Source: Glaucostegus cemiculus
Taxonomy: Eukaryota
Reading direction: 5' to 3'
Assembly: GCA_976551045.1 (NCBI GenBank)
Contig: CDPCPM010000056.1
Coordinates: 28,768,001 to 28,832,000 of the forward strand
Length of the DNA stretch: 64,000 nt
Below the pieces are notes generated by a model. It made no database searches. It was not told where the DNA came from and saw only the letters and a list, made by a program, of their open reading frames with translations. Numbering within the stretch: position 1 is the stretch's first letter; the number at the start of each line of letters is the position of its first letter. Below, in pieces: positions 61,221-64,000 of the stretch. The translations under genes and the position numbers were made by a program.

Positions 61221-63024
61221 CCTTAATAGCTGACATTGATTGAAGTGAGCCTGCACTTCATATAGGGAGGTGCTTTGTAGCAATGACCAGTGGTGGAAAG
61301 TTTTTCACAGGCTCTGGAAGCAATGCTTGGTGAGGGTAGGGGAACCATGAATTTGCAACACACTTCTGAAGGCCTTGGTTCTAAAGGTGAAGAGAAGGAG
61401 AGAAGTTCTCTTTAACAGGAGGGTATGAAGCCATCCAGGCCTATAATCAAGCAACGGTGAGGTAACAGACAAGGTCAATACTTAAGTCACGTACTAAGGG
61501 CATGGCTGCAAAAAGCTAATGATCTCATAGTAGTGACCAAAGTTACCAAGTCCCATTTTCCAGATATTGTATTCCTTGACTCAGTGGAGGGAGATAGGCA
61601 AGTCTGGATAGTGTGTGACCTGGATTCAACTAATACTGGCCCAGGCATTTAGGAGTTAGTTAAATCTTTGGGAGTCAGGAGTTGAGTAACTAGTCACAGA
61701 ATGTCTAGCCTCTGCTCTGCTGTTGTAACCATAATAAAAGGGCTGTGGATCAGTGGGGATGGCCATATCTCATGTTTGCCTCCCATATTGACCACTGACT
61801 TATACTTAGCTCTTACAGCCTTGTGACTCCCAGTAAATTAATGCTGTCACTGCCATAGACTTCCAGCAAAATGTAGCAGGTCCAAGTGGTGACTAGGCCA
61901 GAGCTGGTGGAAATCCTAATAGCCTTAATGGTCCCCTGACAAAGTGTGCTGCCAAAGGCCGTTCCAACTCTTTCTAAATGTCCTTGATGATAAAAAAATG
62001 TTAGAAACAGTGAAAATATCTAAATAATAAAAGTACCAAAAAGTTACTTACATTTTTCTTATCAAATAAAATATGATAAGTTTACCTAAAGTAATAGAAA
62101 TTAACTAATGTATTAATACTGACTAAAATAAAACTTCTTAAAAAAAAAGAAATTGTTTACCTTAACTTACTTTTTTATTGAATGTCAGCCCATATTCAAA
62201 TATGTGGGTCCACACATTGGTTGCACCACCAGCAACTGCGGGCATATAGCTGCAGAGCCAGATACGCAACTCACAACACTCACAGAACACCCACGGGCTC
62301 AAGTCCAGTCCTGGAGCGAGTAGTCAAATCTCCAGCTTGTTTCATACTCCTGTACGACAGTGTGCAGGTCCAGACACCCAAGGGACACTGAAACGCACTG
62401 ACTTGCACTTCCTTATGGAACCTCCAACTAGCTGTCAACATGATCATGCCAGTTATGTGAGGTGTTGGGTTGAGGGGAGGTCCAGTTAAATTTCTGGTCA
62501 ATATTGGATAATCACAATCTGGATACTGCTAAGATTATTCTATTGACTGACAAGTGGAAGCATTTAAACTCTACCTTACTAGAGATGGTTGTTGTCTGGT
62601 ACTAATACAGCTCCCAGTAAGGACTGAATCCATATAATTACCAGGATGCTGCAAGTAATGACAACTCATGAGGCCTACTCTGAAGTAAAATATAAGGCAC
62701 CCCTGATGCAGTCCAGTCTGTGAGGTCATAGTTTAAGTGCACCAATTGTCTGTTTGATGACATTGCACTGGCAGCATGATAGGAAAGTCCTCCCCTTGCA
62801 CACAATTAACTATGGCCACAAATTTCTTAGCTTCTGGATCTTTCCAGGTTGGTGCTGGAGATATTGACACTTGTACACAAGGTCCATAGAGGTGTCGGGA
62901 GTTGGGTGGTAGAGTATGGACCCTGTCTCAAGCAGCAGAGTATAAAAGATAGAGGGCACAGTGGTCTGATGCAAGGTGAAACTCCCAATTACCTGGTATT
63001 AACCATCAAGGCCTTCAATGGTCA

Positions 63025-63175
63025 CACACGAGATTCTGCACATGCTGGAATCTGGAGCAACACAGACAAAATGCTGGAGGAACTCAGCAGGTCAGGCAGC
63101 ATCTGTGGAAGGAAATAAACAGTCAACATTTCAGATTGAGACCCTTCATCCTGAAATCTCGACTGTTTATTTCCT
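63025..63175. mobile_element. Penelope-derived element (arm plus partial inverted arm)
   Basis: ACACGAGATTCTGCACATGCTGGAATCTGGAGCAACA...AATGCTGGAGGAACTCAGCAGGTCAGGCAGCATCTGTGG...GAGACCCTTCATC. Confidence 0.85.
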
Positions 63176-63427
63176 AAGACAGAATGATTTCCTTCTCCAA
63201 AGATATTAATGAATGAAGCAAATGCAAGTTATAACAATCCATTAATGTAGCACTTACCATTACCACAATTAGTTTTTAACTCCAGATTTATTTTAATTAG
63301 CTGCAGTAAAATTTTCCAGCTGCATTGGCAGGACTTAGGGTGCTATATCATTAGTCCAAGACTGAAAAAAGAAAAATGGGGCCATAAGCCCAGCCTTTAC
63401 ATGAACAGCTGTAGACCTGTTACCAAA

Positions 63428-63635
63428 ATCATAGAGTCATCCAGCACAGAAACAGGCCCTTCAGCCCATCATGTCCATGATAACCGTCAAGTACCCATCT
63501 ATACTATCTCCATTTTCCAGCACTTCGTCCATAGCCTTCTTTGCCTTGGTGATTCAGGTTTTTACCTATTACATGTGAGAATCTCTGCCTTCACCACTCC
63601 ATCAAGCAGTGTGTTCCCAATTCTAGCCACCTTCT
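63428..63635 (-). mobile_element. CR1/HER1 3' tail fragment, followed directly by a V-SINE
   Basis: ATCATAGAGTCATCCAGCACAGAAACAGGCCCTTCAGCCCA...GCCTTCACCACTCCATCAAGCAGTGTGTTCC. Confidence 0.8.
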
Positions 63636-63651
63636 GAGAGAACAACAATCT

Positions 63652-63956
63652 TTAGATAAGATAAGATAAAATAAGATAAGATTCCTTTATTAGTCACATG
63701 TACATTGAAACACAGAGTGATTCTTTTGTGTAGAGTGTTCTGGGGGCAGCCCGCAAGTGTCGCCATGCTTCCAGCGCCAATATAGCACGCCCACAACTTC
63801 CTAATCTGTACGCCTTTGGAATGTGCAAGGAATTTGGAGCACCCGGAGCAGACCCACGCAGACACAGGGAGAACGTACAAACTCCTTACAGACAGTGGTC
63901 GCTGAACCCGGGTCGCTGGTGCTCTAATAGCATTACGCTCTCTGCTACACTATCGT
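63652..63956 (-). mobile_element. Full-length V-SINE with (TCTTA)n tail
   Basis: Same family as 40805-41105; (GATAA)n run at the left end. Confidence 0.92.
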
Positions 63957-64000
63957 GGATTACAGGTCTAATAACAGAACCATTTGTGTTACCAATTCTT

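Noticed and set aside
1-64000. CRISPR array, rRNA, or prokaryotic/viral gene system
   Set aside because: I saw no regularly spaced repeat-spacer array, rRNA-like sequence, operon-like ORF density, LTR pair or viral ORF. The recurring short motifs are dispersed retroelement tails.

Overview
Vertebrate genomic DNA, almost certainly a cartilaginous fish (shark or ray). The repeat set points there: HE1-type V-SINEs, HER1/CR1 LINEs, Deu-domain SINEs and abundant Penelope-like fragments. The only supported host protein-coding gene is an intronless forkhead gene on the minus strand (55580-56638) that I recognise as FOXD2. It has a TATA-containing promoter, two predicted uORFs and an AT-rich 3'UTR. 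Bases 1-41.6 kb look like a CpG-depleted, repeat-rich gene desert with several repeat-free blocks that may be enhancers. From about 41.65 to 60.7 kb CpG frequency rises sharply while the DNA stays AT-rich, which suggests a ~19 kb germline-hypomethylated domain around FOXD2. Paired transposon copies inside and outside this domain act as internal controls. Other notable items are hammerhead-ribozyme cores in the Penelope-like repeats, a V-SINE whose 3' stem-loop resembles a Rex1/Babar LINE tail, a young CR1 insertion, and a hairpin-flanked micro-inversion. Repeat family names and consensus comparisons come from memory, and repeat boundaries are approximate. No database search was run. I found no clear-cut novel protein system.
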